DNA of 64,000 nt from Okamejei kenojei (Eukaryota): positions 26,536,001-26,600,000 of the forward strand of contig CM069152.1 of NCBI GenBank assembly GCA_035221665.1, given 5' to 3'. Below are positions 37,540 through 51,637 of this stretch, piece by piece; position 1 is the first letter of the stretch, and the number at the start of each line of letters is the position of its first letter. The notes below the pieces were generated by a model. It saw nothing but the letters and a program-made list of their open reading frames with translations, searched no databases and was not told the origin of the DNA. The position numbers and the translations under genes are program-made.

Positions 37540-38180
37540 GAACTGCAGGTTCAGGGATCAGCTCTACGTCCAATTGGAAAAACAAGGACTTATTAGGGAT
37601 ATTGCCTTGTGCATAGGAAATAACATGTCCCAAATTTGACTGTCAAGGTCCCACGTGATAGACCGGTCGGAAAGGTTAGATCACTTGGGATCCAAAATGA
37701 ATTAGCCTAGGATCGAGATCAATTGGGAAAGTGGACAAAGAAATGTCAAATGGCATTTAACTTGAACGTGCAAAATCATGCATTTGGGAATTTAAATCAG
37801 GGCAAACTTACGCAATGGCGGAGCCCTGAGAAATGTTGTAGGCCGAGACAACCGGGGCACAACTACATGGTTCCCTGAAAGCCTGGGATAAGTCTCCAAG
37901 ATAGGCGAGCCGAATACTAAAAAGCCACGGGTTTAAGATGAGAGGGGAAAAGATTAACAGGTTTTTCACATGAACGGTGGTGTGTGTATGGAATGAACTG
38001 CAAGAGGAAGTTGCAGAGGTGGTATGTTTATAATGTTTAAAAAGACATTTGGACAGTTTTATGGATAGGAAAGGTTTAGAGGGATTTGCAGGCAAGTGAG
38101 ACTAGCTCAGGAAGGCACTTTGATTAGCATGGACAGGCCTGCCTGAAGGGCCCGTTTCCAAGCTGTATAATTCCATGATT
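37540..38180 (+). mobile_element. Degenerate, internally deleted CR1-like LINE
   Basis: caaggtcccacgtgatagac, caaatggcatttaac and the tail gggcccgtttccaagctgtataattccatgatt. Confidence 0.7.
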
Positions 38181-38314
38181 GACATATTTTTTAGTTGTAC
38201 AAGATCCCGAGTGTTCACAATGAGTTGGATATTAATTATGTAAACTGCATCTGTGCTTAATCAACAAATAATCAGCTGTTGCGCAACTTCCAATTGAATA
38301 GATTAGGTACTTAC

Positions 38315-38386
38315 ATTCATGTACTTCATATCTTGATCTGTTTTTTTCTCCAATTCACCGATTATGTCTTTGTGAAATTTCCTAAA
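38315..38386 (-). CDS. BAIAP2L1: BAIAP2L1 coding exon (exon 5 equivalent), IMD domain
   Basis: 72 nt, catcttgaag|TTTAGG...ATGAAT|gtaagt. Translates [24 protein letters not shown] vs human [24 protein letters not shown]. Confidence 0.95.
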
Positions 38387-39112
38387 CTTCAAGATGAAAA
38401 AGATATTTCTTAAAGGTGTAACAAGAAACTACAACAGAAGAGAGAAAATTACTTAAATAATGCCCAAATATTCCTAGGCCTAGAAATTCTAGTGCACTGA
38501 ATTTAGACAAGAGGGGGAGAGACGATGGGGGTCAACAGTGAAAAGGCAAGAGGCTGATGAGAGTTGTCATCTTCATGGTAAAGGTGAAGAATATGAGGTA
38601 ATGGGATTGTGAGGCCAGGATTTGAGAGGTCAGCATTGTGGTTGGAGGGGATGTCAAAAATATGAAAGATAAGTAGCGATGGATGTTCTTGGGATATTGT
38701 TTTCCATATTGCACCAAATGTAAAGAGAATGATCAGACAAGGTCCAAAACCAATTTTCAATTACAATCTGTTATAACTATGCTACGTAATTGAGTTCATG
38801 AATTTCTTCCTCTCTTGAACATGAATGTAAATGTATCTAATAAATTGATTTGGGATCCTTTAAATAAGTGCTGATTCTGTGCATGCTCAAAAACTGTTTT
38901 GCCTTCCACTCAAGAATCACTAATGTTTTATAGTTTTTTTTTTAATGAAAGGGAAGGTAAGCATTCTGCTGTCAAGTTCTCTAAATAATTTTGCAACTAG
39001 ACAAAAAGCAATATTTTAGGTTTAACTTGACTCAAATGCAATAGTTAAAAATATTCTGCGGAATAACTTGCAACAACTAAACAGCCTTTTCAATTTAGGT
39101 CTGAGATCATTA

Positions 39113-40125
39113 ATCAAGAGTTAAGAGTCAAGAGTATTTTATTGTCATATGCCCCAGATAGAACAATGAAATTCTTAAGGGCCTGTCCCACTTGGGTGTT
39201 ATTTGCACGTCATTTATACAACATAATTTACGCGTCACGACGCCTGCATCGTGACGCACGTGTGACGCTCGCATGGTGACGTAGGCAGTGAAGCGCAGTA
39301 GTGCAGCGCCCCAGTATTTTGGGATTTGGGGAAGAAGCTGTTCCTGAACCTGGATGTCACAGCTTTCAGGCTCCAGTACCTTCTTCCCAATGGCAGTAGT
39401 GAAATGAGTGCGTGGCCAGGATGATGCTAGCTGCCTTTGAGGCAGCTACTCCGATAAATCCCTTTGATGGTGGGGAGGTCAGAGCCGGTGATGGGCAGTG
39501 TTCACAACTTTTTGCAATCTTTTCAGCTCCTGGACGTTCAAGTTGCCGAGCCAGGCCATGATGCAACCAGTCAATATGCTCTCTACTGTACACCTGTAAA
39601 AGTTCAAGAGAATCCTCTTTGACATATCGAATCTCCTTAATCTTCTCAGGAAGTAGAGGCGTTGATGTGCTTTATTTATAATTGCATCAGTGTGCTGGGT
39701 CCAGGAAAGATCTTCGGAAATATGCACGCCCAGGAATTTGAAGTTTTTGACTCTCTCCACCATCGTCCCATTGATTATAACCAGGATTCTGGGTCGTCAT
39801 CCTTCCTCTTCCAAAATCCACAATCAGTTGATTGGTTTTACTGATATTGAGATCCAGGTTGTTGTGCTGGCACCATTTGGTCAATCTCACTTCTATACTC
39901 TGGCTCATCGCTATCTGTAATTCATCCAACAACGGTGGTATCATCGGCGAACCTGAAGATGGAGTTTGATGGAGTCCGGCTACACAGTCATGAGTATAGA
40001 GTGAGTAGAGCAGGGGGCTGAGCATGCAGCCTTGAGGTGCTCCCGTACTGATTGTTAATGTGGAAGAGGTATTTCTGCCAATTCGAACAGACTGTGGTCT
40101 ATGGATGAGGAAGTCGAGGATCCAA
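39113..40125 (-). mobile_element. 5'-truncated Rex1/Babar-like LINE (RT and C-terminus)
   Basis: ORF pieces [15 protein letters not shown] and [44 protein letters not shown]...FYRCTVESILTGCIMAW. 7-mer tail (tcaagag)n at about 39114-39134. Confidence 0.88.
39178..39327. mobile_element. Partial MITE (AGGGCCTGTCCCACT terminus) nested in the Rex1 3' region
   Basis: Same terminus as the 42725 element, preceded by TTA. CpG-rich gtgacg repeats inside. Other end missing. Confidence 0.65.
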
Positions 40126-40129
40126 AGTG

Positions 40130-40975
40130 TTTAAATGATTAATGGAGGTCACTCATGCCAATGCCACGAGGTGACCTATTTCGGTTCCTCAGGGCCGTGT
40201 CCTCAGCTCATTCATCTTCAACTGCTTCACTGATGACCTCCCAAAGGTTTACTAATGATCAATTCCCTTCACAACTGCACAGTAAAGGAAGCAGTCAATG
40301 CAGCAGGATCTAAACAACATTCATGAATGTGCTGATGACTGGCAAATATCTTTCTTACCACAAAGGCGCCAGGTAATGATCTTCTCCAAGAGAGAGTTCA
40401 ATCAAATCTCCTTGACATTCAATGGTATTATTGCTGTCCAGACTCCCCACCCATCAAAACCAAGGGGTAGGGTGTGGGAGCATGGAGGAAAACAGAAAGG
40501 ACACCATTTAGGAAAACTCAACCAGATCATGGCTAAAAGAGCGGGGCTGAAGCTTGACATCCTCAGTGAGTGACTTGCCTCCTGATATCCCAACACCTTC
40601 CACTACATTTAAGGCAAAAGTCAGAGGCACCATATAATACCCTGTACTTGCCTGGTTGAATGCAACCTTAATAAATTTAAAGAAGCTTGATACCACCCAA
40701 GACAAAGCTGTCAACTTGATAAGCACCTCATCCACCATCTTAACTATTCATTTGCACCACTGGCACACATGACTGCAGTGTATACCATCTGATGTCGGCT
40801 CCCCCATCAGCACCTGCCAAACCTGTGACATCACCCCCAATGCAAGGGCAGCTAGTTCATAGGAACAACACCACCTTCACTTACCCTGGGTCTAAGTTCT
40901 GGAACTTCCTACCTAATATCACAATCAGAAATCTTCATTTAAGAGATCGCAGAGGCTCAGGCATTGATGGGCAAT
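40130..40975 (+). mobile_element. Highly decayed CR1/L2-like LINE fragment
   Basis: gttcctcagggccgtgtcctc (VPQGxVL) and MQQDLNNIHECADDWQISF. A related decayed segment lies at about 54920-55640 on the minus strand. Confidence 0.6.
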
Positions 40976-41301
40976 TAGAAAGGTCATGTTTCCTTTCAAG
41001 ACATGTGAAAAAAAAATTGGAGAGGAGTTGATGAAAAATATTTTTACAGTGGTGGTGGTCTGGTACTTGCTGTTTAGATACTTGAAGTGTTATAACCAAG
41101 CGTGGCAGAGCTGGGAAGAACATTTAATCCAAATGGCCAGCATGATCATTTGGCATGAATGAATAGCAACTTTGAACCATTTTGTGCCAGAATTCAATTT
41201 GTATTTGAATGTTATCCTTCAGGTTTATAATCTTGCATAAGATTACAAAGGAAAAAATAATTTCAAACTATTTTGAAAAGCAGTGTTTAACTTATACATA
41301 C

Positions 41302-41363
41302 ATTATCTTCCATTTCTAAGTTGAGTTTCTTGTGTGCGTTTGAAATATCCATTAAGACTTGTC
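41302..41363 (-). CDS. BAIAP2L1: BAIAP2L1 coding exon (exon 4 equivalent), IMD domain
   Basis: 62 nt, gttccatag|GACAAG...GATAAT|gtatgt. Translates (G)QVLMDISNAHKKLNLEMEDN vs human GHVLIEISSTHKKLNESLDEN. Phase 1/0. Confidence 0.93.
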
Positions 41364-42724
41364 CTATGGAACAAACAGAAAATAGATTTACAAAGCTGCT
41401 TCATTATATTTAGAAAAGGACTTGCTTATGATTTCTCCATTGTAAATGTTACCGAATTCCATGTCTGTCCCATTTTATTTTCTCCATGCTCATCTTTCCA
41501 CATTTCAGGTCTCATCCTGAAATGTCACCTATTCATGTTCTCCGGAGATGCTGCCCGATTCGCCGAGTTACTCCAGAACTTTGTGAACTTTTATGTATTA
41601 ACCAGTATCTGCAGTTCCTTATTTCCATTTATGCTTCCTCCAGCTAAGATTGCAATCAGAATAGAGTAATCAAAATTGAACTACCTGGTCTACCTAAATA
41701 TTTTAATGTTAGGATTTAAAAAACAAAATCATGCTTTGGAAAAAGCAAATTTATTCCTCACGTTTCATGTTTGGTAAAGGTGAACTTTGTTTTCGAATCT
41801 TGACTTAAACAGAAAAGTGTGGGGAAAAAAAAAAATCATTTTAAGTAGCTACTGTTTTGTGATAGGGAATTCAAAATTCCACGATTCATATTTGCTCCTT
41901 GGCTACACACGATATTATATCTACAATACTGGTTAGAAAATGGACTTCTTCCAAAGTCTTCCACGGCAAGTGCAAAAACCAGGAACAATCAAAAAGCAAA
42001 TAAGATGCAGAAATCTGAAATAAAAATAAAAGTTGCTGAAAATACTCAGAGGAACTGATTATTTATGAAGGAAGGTTCTGACTGGAGGAGTCGACCTGAA
42101 ATGCTAACTCACTCCACAGATGCTGCCTGACCTTTTTTTATTTCAGGCTTCTGCAAGTTTTTTAAAATATTAAAACATGTTTATTTTATCACTTTGCCAG
42201 TTCTGATGAAAGATTAATGACCTAAAATGTTAGCTTCACCTCCCTTGCCACCAATGATGCTTACCCGCTATATATTATCAGTTTTTTTTTTTAAATCCCA
42301 GTCCAAACACTCATGATACACAGACATTGAATTGACCGGTCATTTCCTCAGGTTTATTGGGCCCAGACAAACTTTTCACATTGTTATATCACTCATTCCG
42401 AGGTAGAAAAGCTGAAAACAAACAAATTACTGGAGAAACTCAGCAGGTTGAACAGCATCTACGGAGGCCAAGGGAGAGCTGATGAGTCGCGTTTAGATCC
42501 TGCATCTGTTCTGATATAGGATTTTGACCAGAAACATCGATCATCCCTTTGCCTCCCCAGGTACTGCCCGATTCGCTGAGTTCCTCTTGCAGTTTATTTT
42601 AGAAGCTAAACAATTTTCTTCAGTTTGACCAGCTCCTTAACCTCCAGAGAGGATAAAAATAAATAATCTTGCCAGGTGCCGACTTTAATAGGTAGAATTT
42701 TGAATATTAAACTTAAGATGCTAA

Positions 42725-42994
42725 AGGGCCTGTCCCACTGTACGAGGTAATTCAAGAGCTCTCCCGAGTTAAACGTAACGGGTACATCAGAGCTCGGGAC
42801 GTCTCTTAGCGGCTCGTAACGCTAACGGCAGGTACTCTGGAAATGCGGTAAGCTCGTGAAGATTTTTCAACATGTTGACAAATGTCCACGAGAGGCCCGA
42901 GTACCTATGAGCGGCTATTACCGTAATTCTCCGAGTTCGAATCAGGGGAAACTCGGGGGAACTCTTGAATTACCTCGTACAGTGGGACAGCCCT
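42725..42994. mobile_element. Complete 270-bp MITE with about 45-bp TIRs (PIF/Harbinger-like)
   Basis: Left agggcctgtcccactgtacgaggtaattcaagagctctcccgagtt, right aactcgggggaactcttgaattacctcgtacagtgggacagccct. Flanked by TAA and TTA. Confidence 0.85.
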
Positions 42995-43515
42995 TTAGAA
43001 GCTGGCCTAAAATCCCAGAAGAGCTTATCTCCAGTATTTATTCAATGTTGAAAATTTAAACATGCCAATATATTTGTCAATAAACAATTTGCAAAGGAAC
43101 GTTAACTTCATTGTGTTGAAATAATTTTTTCGCCAACCAGAGTAATCTTCTGCAATTATATAATTCATAGGTAAGATGTTATAGTTTTGCAAGACACTCC
43201 ATAAAGCAATCTTATCTGTCTGCCTAGCAACCAATAAAATCAAACATCAATATTTGTCCAACTAGCATCAATGACATGTTCCAGCAGAAGGTGGGAGGAT
43301 TTTATGGTGGGAGGAAGTGGAGCACAATGATTGCATGTGTTTGTGACGTGTTGTATATTATAAGACAATGCTGAAGAGGAGCATTGTTTGTTTAAAGAAT
43401 TTGATTATTCTGAGAAATTAAATACAATATATTTATTGGCTTTTGGGATGTAAAACACTATATTTTTCATGAACCCTGCCAAGTCAGGATTTCCTGCTGA
43501 CAGGGATCATGTTGC

Positions 43516-43950
43516 ATACCCAAAAGGCATGAATATTGGATTTTCCAATTCAGATAACTACAAAACCCTCCCTCTCACTTCTTTCCCAAACCACCTCCCC
43601 TCCCCGTGCTCCACCTGGACACACCCATTTCTCCCCTCCCTCTCCTCTTCCACCTACATTCCTTCCTCTAGCTTCACAGTACACAACTCTTCAATCTTTT
43701 TGTCTCACACCTGTCTTTTCATCTCTGGCCTATGTCCAACCATCTGCCTATCAACAAACCCCCCCCCCCCCCAACCTTTACTCCGTGTATCAATCTATGA
43801 CATGTCTGACTTTGTCCAGCCCTTGATCACATTTTTTCCCCCTCCCCCACAATCAGTTTGATGAAGGGTCATGACCCAAATTGTCACCTATCCATGTTCT
43901 CTGGTGATGCTGCCTGGCCCGCTGAGTCACTTCAGAACTTTGTGTTGTTT
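43516..43950 (+). mobile_element. Penelope-like retroelement 3' end
   Basis: PKGMNIGFSN ORF-end motif, C/T-rich UTR, then acaatcagtttgatgaagggtcatgacccaaattgtcacctatcc... pLTR. Parallels 21409-21920. Confidence 0.72.
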
Positions 43951-44002
43951 TTTCATGTTGCTATTCATTTGGCATTAACCTTTCTTGTATCACAGCTGCC
44001 AC

Positions 44003-44447
44003 TAGGGTTGCTAACTTTCTCACTCCCAAATAAGGGAAAAATTCCCTACAGCAATTTGTTGACCGAATCGGCTATGGTTGGGTGAATGGCAAGTTGGCCT
44101 GGGTGCTAGACTGCACACAAAGCCCAGCCGACGGGCCAACTCAGGAGTTTTGGTCCGGCACCCCATCCAACTCATGAACCGATGATCGGCCATGAGAAGG
44201 AGGGGTGGTGGTGTCGGCGGTAAGCGAAGGTCAGACATCTGGCCGGGCTGCTGACTGTTGGGGCCCATGAGTGAGGCACTGCTTTGGGACAGGTGAGGCG
44301 AGGCCAGACGCGGCACTCCGATCCAACAGTACCCTCGACCAGATTAGCAACAGTCAAATATGGGACAAGGGCGGTCCTATATGGGATAAACCAATTAAGT
44401 CCAATATACGGGATAATACGGCTAATACGGGACAGTTGGCAAACCTA
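44003..44447. mobile_element. Non-autonomous hAT transposon, 445 bp
   Basis: TIRs tagggttgctaact / agttggcaaaccta. 8-bp TSD gctgccac (43995) / gctgccat (44448). Subterminal tacggg repeats. Confidence 0.88.
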
Positions 44448-47400
44448 GCTGCCATCCTTTGGTGACACGTCAAGGTTAGGCATGTAGGTCTCAATTCAGG
44501 TGAAAATACCTACTTCCTTATCTGCAAACATTTCCGTACTTGTTCGAGGAAAGGAACAATCCTTTATTTTGTCCAAATTCTTGATATTGGTTGCAGCAAT
44601 TTATAACCCAATTAATTGCATAATTCACAATACTATGAATTTCATCAATATTTACTGATATATCATAAACTGAGGATAAGAGGATCTGTTTCAATTGTAA
44701 TGCAATTGGAAGTTCTGGGAAAAATAAGGTAATCTCACAACTATGTTTCAGTTGCTGCTTCTGACCTGTCATTGGTAACAATGTTACCTATAAACATTGT
44801 TAAAAGGAAAGAATACCATTAAATCTTTTGACCTCTAGAATGTTTAATTTATTAAATGTTGTAAGATTATGTTACTGTTTATCCAGCTTCAGGTTCATCA
44901 ATATATTCCCTCCAAAAAAGCTTGGAAATCATCCATTTTAAAAATGCAATGATTATGCAAGCCTAACTTTTAACAGCCAGCTTGTCACCCCCAACATGCA
45001 TTTGATATTGAAGCAAATATATTTTGAGAAAAGGTGTTCTAGCAAATAGGAGTAATCATTATCAGTAATTCCAAAGTTTATTGTCTGAAGACATGTCCCC
45101 ATGATAGGCTGTTACTTCCACCAAAAAAATGTTTTGCCAATTATTCTTTCAAAAATAAGTTAGCAGGTCAAGAGGGATATAGTGGTTGCATTCCATTGGT
45201 CTGGATATTGATCTGGAGAAGATTGAATTGAACATATAAAGAAAACAGCAGGAATAAACCATCTAGCCCTCAAGCCTGCTCTGCCATTCAGTTAGATTGT
45301 GACTGCTCCGATTGTAACCTTCACTCCACATTTCCCCTGATTTCTGGAATTTTAATTTTAGACTCTTTGGGAAGCAGTGCTCTGCAAGATTACTACCTTG
45401 GATGTCTATTTGAACAAAGTAGCAGTGAAGGAAATGATCATTTTTATTTCCTCTTTTGCATAAAAAGATCAATATTAACAAATGGAAACAAAAAAGGTTA
45501 CTGCTCATTTAGCATTTAACCTTTCATTTCTGTTTAACATAGAGCGAGATGATAAATGAACAGCAAATAACAAACAGTAAAGAGAACGGGGGCATTACTC
45601 TAGCACTGCACAACTAATTCTACAAACAAAATCTCAATTATATGAATAGTTTGTTCGCTGGATACCATGCAAAAAAATGAGTGCAACATTTTCACAAGTG
45701 TACTTGTTCGGGTAATTATTCAAAAAGGATGGTAGCTAATTAAAAAAATATGGAAAGCACTTTGATTGTACAACTTTATCGAATGGGCATATTAACTACG
45801 CATCACCTCTTGCGAGTTTATACATAGGTGATCAAGCTGATTGGTAAAACCTTAAAGGTTACAGAATAGCAGCACTATACTAAGCAAACAAGTTTATCAA
45901 GATTCAGAAATAAGTGGAGGCGAGCCTTGCATGGAAAAAAATGTCAAGACAATACAATGCCTTTTAGCTATTACCGGCTCCTTGCCATTTACTGATAAAA
46001 GATTTTGACCAAATATTTGGATGGATGGATGATGTAATGAATACAGAGTAATTACCTCTGAAGATTTAATTAATTAATTCAAAATAAAAGGTAGCTTGAA
46101 GGGTCCCAATGCAAAATGTCACTTATCCATTCGCTCCACCGATGATGCCTGATCCGCTGAGGTACTCTAGTACTTCGTGGTTTGCTCAACATACCAGCTT
46201 CTGCAGTTCCTTGTGCCTCCAAAGCTAATGACATCTTGCTGTGCATGCGTGGTCCAATCAGTTCCCAAAACCGTAAAATCAGCCACACAGCATAGAAACA
46301 GACCCTTTGGCCCACTATGTCCATGCTGACCTAGTTGGGATTCTGGTTCAGTCCCATTTGTCCACATTTGGTCCATACTCCTCTTAACTCTTCCTATCTA
46401 TATATCTGTCCAAATGTCTTTTGAAAGACATAAACATATGAAATAAATCATTAATTGACATCCTGGAATCCATCAGAATCTGGAGATGCACCTTTACCAG
46501 TAAGCAATACCACACAAGATTCAACAGTAGTGAAAACTATGCAAGATAGTCATATAGTTTTTCTACGATTAAATTCAAAAATCTGATTTTATCAGTTAAA
46601 ATTAAATGAAAACGATTGAAAAAATAGATATTATATTAATTGTCACATTTGTTGTGTTCTCGATAGTAATGAACACTTTACTAGATTCAAGTTGTTTTAG
46701 ATGCATCTGAGATGCTGACGTAGTCTCATGAGGGGAATCAACATTTACAGGAAGTTACCTACAAAAATCTTTGCATTAGGTGATTTGAAATGGCGTTGTT
46801 ATCCATTCTGGAATGAGTTTTCCAGCTAAGCATGTTGGCAAAATTGGCTGTGTGTTTAAGAAAAAGTAGTTCAAAAAACATTCATCCATCCATATTCTGT
46901 TGAGGAAATTGATGTTCTGTACCTTCCTATGTAAATGCACTCAATATTTTCAAACATAACTCAAGCTTTCCTTTAAAATTTGGGATACAAATACATTTTC
47001 CAATTTAATTTCTCTGTTCTATTCAGAGATTTAGTCATAATCTCACACACAGGAACTCCTTTACATGTGCTCTCTCTTTTAAAGCACTGTGAATTCAAGC
47101 TTTGAGGCCTGAAGTGTCATGGTCTACAACTAAGACTTTTCCTTCATTCCTTAAGGTTGACTGCCTCTGAAGTGAGAGAACATAATTAATACCAAAGATA
47201 CTAGAGGAGCTATCTTTGATTAATACTAAAACTTTCTGTGGTATGGGGAATAAATGGAGCTATAAGCAATTTTTTTTTCCAAAGAAAATATTTGTCACAT
47301 CATTTATATTTTCGGAATCTTCATTTTTAGGCAAGGTCTAGAGAGTAATCGAACACACTTCACAAAAGTGAACCTTTAAAGTATGCATACATTTTTTATT

Positions 47401-50197
47401 ATATATAAAACTGTAAATGCTGGAAACAATCAGAACATTAAGCAGCAACTATGGAAAGAGAGTGTAAATATGTCAGGTCAAAGTTTCTTCAACAGAACTG
47501 AAGCACTCTTTCATCCGAAACATTACATTTTCCACAGTTGCTGCCAGACCCAAATGTTTCTATCACTTTCTTTTTCTTCAAGATTTCCAATTACTTAACA
47601 GTTTAAGTTTAAGTTGTTCTAAGCTGCCAAAAGGTTCAACAGGAAAGTGAAACTGACGTACGGTATTCTCGTCAAACTTTGGTTCTTATTTGGAAATATA
47701 TTCTGTCATTAGCATTTTCTTTTATTTCAATGTGATTGAGGTTTTTATTTTTAAATATAAAACTTGAAATCACATTGTTGCTTATTAATTCCATCCACGA
47801 CAGTTTTTTTCCACATGAACATTTAAAAAATATTACAGTGGAATAAATGGAATTTGATTATCTTTGTCTGATTGTGGATTTGGAAGATAAATATGTATGC
47901 CATTACAAACCCGGCAATCTATTTGAGAAGCTCAAATGACGCAAAATCAGTCCATTAAGTCCATTAGAAACACAAGATTAAATCAATATCATGTCATACT
48001 TCCAGCTACTATCATTTGAGTTTTGCTAACTTTTTTTGATCATTTTCCTGAAAGTACCATTGACGATCAGTGTCTGTTTTGTCCTTGCAGTGTAATGAAA
48101 CTCACGCAAGATTAATAAATGAGATATTAGCACAGAAAGCTTGAAAGTCCTCGACAGTGGATTAATTGGTAATTCTATGCATGTGTATCACAGTAATAAG
48201 TAGTCAATTGCATTCAAGGCTGAGGAAGCACTATGCATTAATACAAAAGGAAAAGTGGTTTGTGGTAAAAATCAGTTGCAATTGGGAGAAGAAAATGCCA
48301 TTGTTTAGTGAATCATAAAATTGTAGAACAAGAAAAAACCCTTTCCCTAGCAAGTCTTCCAAATAGATAATATTAGCTCACTGTGAACTAATCCCGTTTA
48401 CACAAGAGCACATTATAACTTTGCAATCAGAGAGGACATTAATAAAACATGCATCACTAAATCATTCTGAGTACCTCGTCTCTGTCTTTCAACTTCACCT
48501 CCTATTCCTTCATCTCTCATGCACTACCTTAGTTTCTATCTGAAACCCTCTAAATTACATCTCAACCTTGTGGCAGTGGGTATCCCATTTCAACCTTTTT
48601 TTGTCAAGAACCAATTCTATTTGGTTCTCATGATTCCTTTCCAAAACTAAATACACTAGCACCCTACAAAGCTCCAGAATAAATGCTTTATATTTCATAT
48701 TAATCATCCTTTAGTGGTTGCCCTCCTGAAATATTTTCTGATTAAACCAAGGAATCATGATTCACACATCCTTTACTGCAACTAGACCAAAGCAGGATTA
48801 GATTGGCAGAGGTATTTTTCTCCATGACCCATTCAATTTGATTACTCCATATAATTTAAATTGCTTCACTTTTCAGGCAACAATTTAATTGCAATCAAAC
48901 ATCTCATTTCATCTATACATCTGATGTCACACTATAATTTATCTGCCATGTCTTTTTGTCTCAATAGTTTTTCAGATCAACCTTAAAATTGAATAGCTGT
49001 TATATAATACAAATAATCAAAAGCACAACGCCAATAGTAATGACAGACTATCTCCAGATAACAAATTAATTTTTTTGCAGACGTCCATAAGTCAATTTTG
49101 TTCACGTACATTAAAAATACATTCTATATGATAACCGTATCGCCACCGAATTGTAATAGACATCCTATAAGCAAAAAGAACGATTACTAAAAGTGAAGAG
49201 AGAGGAAACTAGTTCTGTTGATCATAGGAACAAACTATATATGTACATCATTTAACATTATGGGAGCTTGTTCGTATGTAGGATTGTACATAAATTGGGA
49301 GTTCATAATCCAGGCGCAGTCCGTAGTCATTGCTAACAAACCAGGTAATATTTGTACCACTGAAAGTTTCAACATTCAGCTAATTTCTTTTTGAAGGTAC
49401 AATAAACTCTTCCATTTTGTTTAATATGTTCTGTTTGATCAGTTGTAGCTTACACGACACAAAAGCTGCAACAGGTGCCACAGCCTGTACTGTTTAATAT
49501 ACACAATTAAATATGGCACAACATAAACTTTACAGAATAAACAGTTAAGATATCGCATAATATATTCTTCGAATACTAAAAAAAACTTAACCAAAATGAA
49601 TTGGAATGTAAGCAACAAACTCAAGCAGCTACATTAAATAAATTATGCTTTTGTATCTTAACAGTGGGTATGTACATTTGCACTGAAAAACCCGTTAAGA
49701 TAACATATTCACAGTTTTGAACAAATGGAACCAAACTGGTAATATTTGTGGCAAAGGTTGCAAGTCAGAGCATGACACATTGATCTTCAGAGATAAATTC
49801 ATGCCTCAAAAATAATTAGATTTAAAATAACAGGAAATTCTGGAAATGCAGGGCTTGAAAATAGATTGTGGAAAGCCTGTGACTCCTTCATCGCCTTTCA
49901 AGCTCTAGATTGTTTCTTTTTCCACAGACCCTGCCCAACCTGATGAGCGTTTCCAGCATTTTCTGGTTTTATTTATTTTGGATTTTTCCAATTTATGCAG
50001 TTTTTTGCTTTCCAATAGTTGGAATTAACCAGTGATTTTAGCAGTCTCTCGGTGTGGATCCAATAGATATCACTGCAAAATAATTTTCCCTAAAACAGTT
50101 TGCCTTGAAAAAACACCTCCGTTTTAGAACCATTGTAATCTGAAATAATTAGGTTGCATAGGAAAAACTAAAATTAAGATAAAAATCAGTCATGCCA

Positions 50198-50868
50198 CCT
50201 TTGTAAATTGCATAAAAATTAAAACATTTTGGGTGGATATTTTTAAAATTATTTCTGTAGTGGCTAATACTCAATTGGAGCCCGATCCTAAATTAATAAT
50301 ATTGGGCATATCTGAACAATACCTAAAACTTACAATAAACCAAAGAAATTTCCTTGATTATAGTATAATAACTGGAAAAAAATTAATATTAAAATTTTGG
50401 AAAAACCCTGCATCCCCCACAATTAAAATGTGGATTATGGAGATGTCGGAGACCTTAAATCTGGATAAAATTAGATTTGACAATTGACAAACCAGAATTA
50501 TTTATTAGAATATGGTCTCCGTTCATAGATTATTTGAAGGGGTAGAATGGACCGGCGCTGATACCTGACGGAAGCTTGAACCCAGGACTAGATGAATAGT
50601 TATGTGTTCTTACCTACGGACCTATCTCCTAAATTGTATTATGGATAGTTTATTCTATTTTTCTAATTTTCTTCTTTTTTTTCTTTATTTTTTCTGTTAA
50701 AAAATAAATAAATAATGTTAATATGTAACCGATAAATGTAGACCCCAGCTACATTGGTAGCGGAGTCCCTGGAATCTTGGATATTTAATATGTAACCGTT
50801 TAACAAAGTCTGTAGTGGTTCGGACCAGGATATGTACATGCCTCTAATTTTTAAAAAAAGGAAAAAAA
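50198..50868 (+). mobile_element. Short 5'-truncated L1-clade LINE, related to 30912-33129
   Basis: ORF 50233..50487 (GKKLILKFWKNPASPTIKMWIMEMSETL) is homologous to 32323..32790. A-rich tail. TSD agtcatgcca at 50188-50197 and 50869-50878. Confidence 0.9.
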
Positions 50869-51254
50869 AGTCATGCCAATGGCGTTTTCTTACAGTTACA
50901 TTTCCAGAAAATCATACCAAGCAAGTGCCCAAGCTCCTTGCTTAAACAGTTTCCAGACTGATAAGTGATAACTAATCATTTCACACTAAGATGTGAAAAT
51001 TATGCAGATATGGATCTGCATATTCATAAGCTGTTTTAATCTGAAATAAGTAGTTTTCTTTTAGAGCCACTAGGAAAAATGGCTGTCAGGACTCGGGAGA
51101 CCATGAATTACAAATGACTTTAAATAAATACTTCTGTACTAGATCAAAATTCGGTGACATCGAACTGCCTCTGAATTATTTTAATTATTCACAAACTATT
51201 CTTGCAAAGTTCTCTCAGTGTGTTGTGAGATTTTATATTTAAATAAAACAATGT

Positions 51255-51637
51255 AAATGTGGACTTCGGAAGCCGCGGGCTCCGGTGGGAGGTGGCTGAT
51301 GTGGAGGTCCGGGCCACTGAGGATGTTCTCCGTCGGGGTTCGGCGTTGGGATTCCATCGTTCCCGGTGGGAGGGCCTGAGCGGTGACTGAGGGTGCTCGG
51401 GAGGCCCCGACCACAGGTGAACATCTGGGAAGATCGGCGGGGAGGCTGGCTGGACTATGGTACCTTCCTTAACTTTGGTGCCACTGTGGGGTTATGTTGT
51501 GTGTGGACTTCTGTGTTTGTGCTCTTTTTTAAATATGTTTATTTATTAATTATTTATTTTTATGTTACTGACTGTAAGGAAAACCCATTTTGTTGTTTCT
51601 AAAATTAGATAATGACAATAAATTGAATACAATACAA
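51255..51637 (+). mobile_element. GC-rich retroposon 3' segment with a Rex1/L2-like tail
   Basis: CpG-rich body followed by the tail tgacaataaattgaatacaatacaa. Family not identified. Confidence 0.5.
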
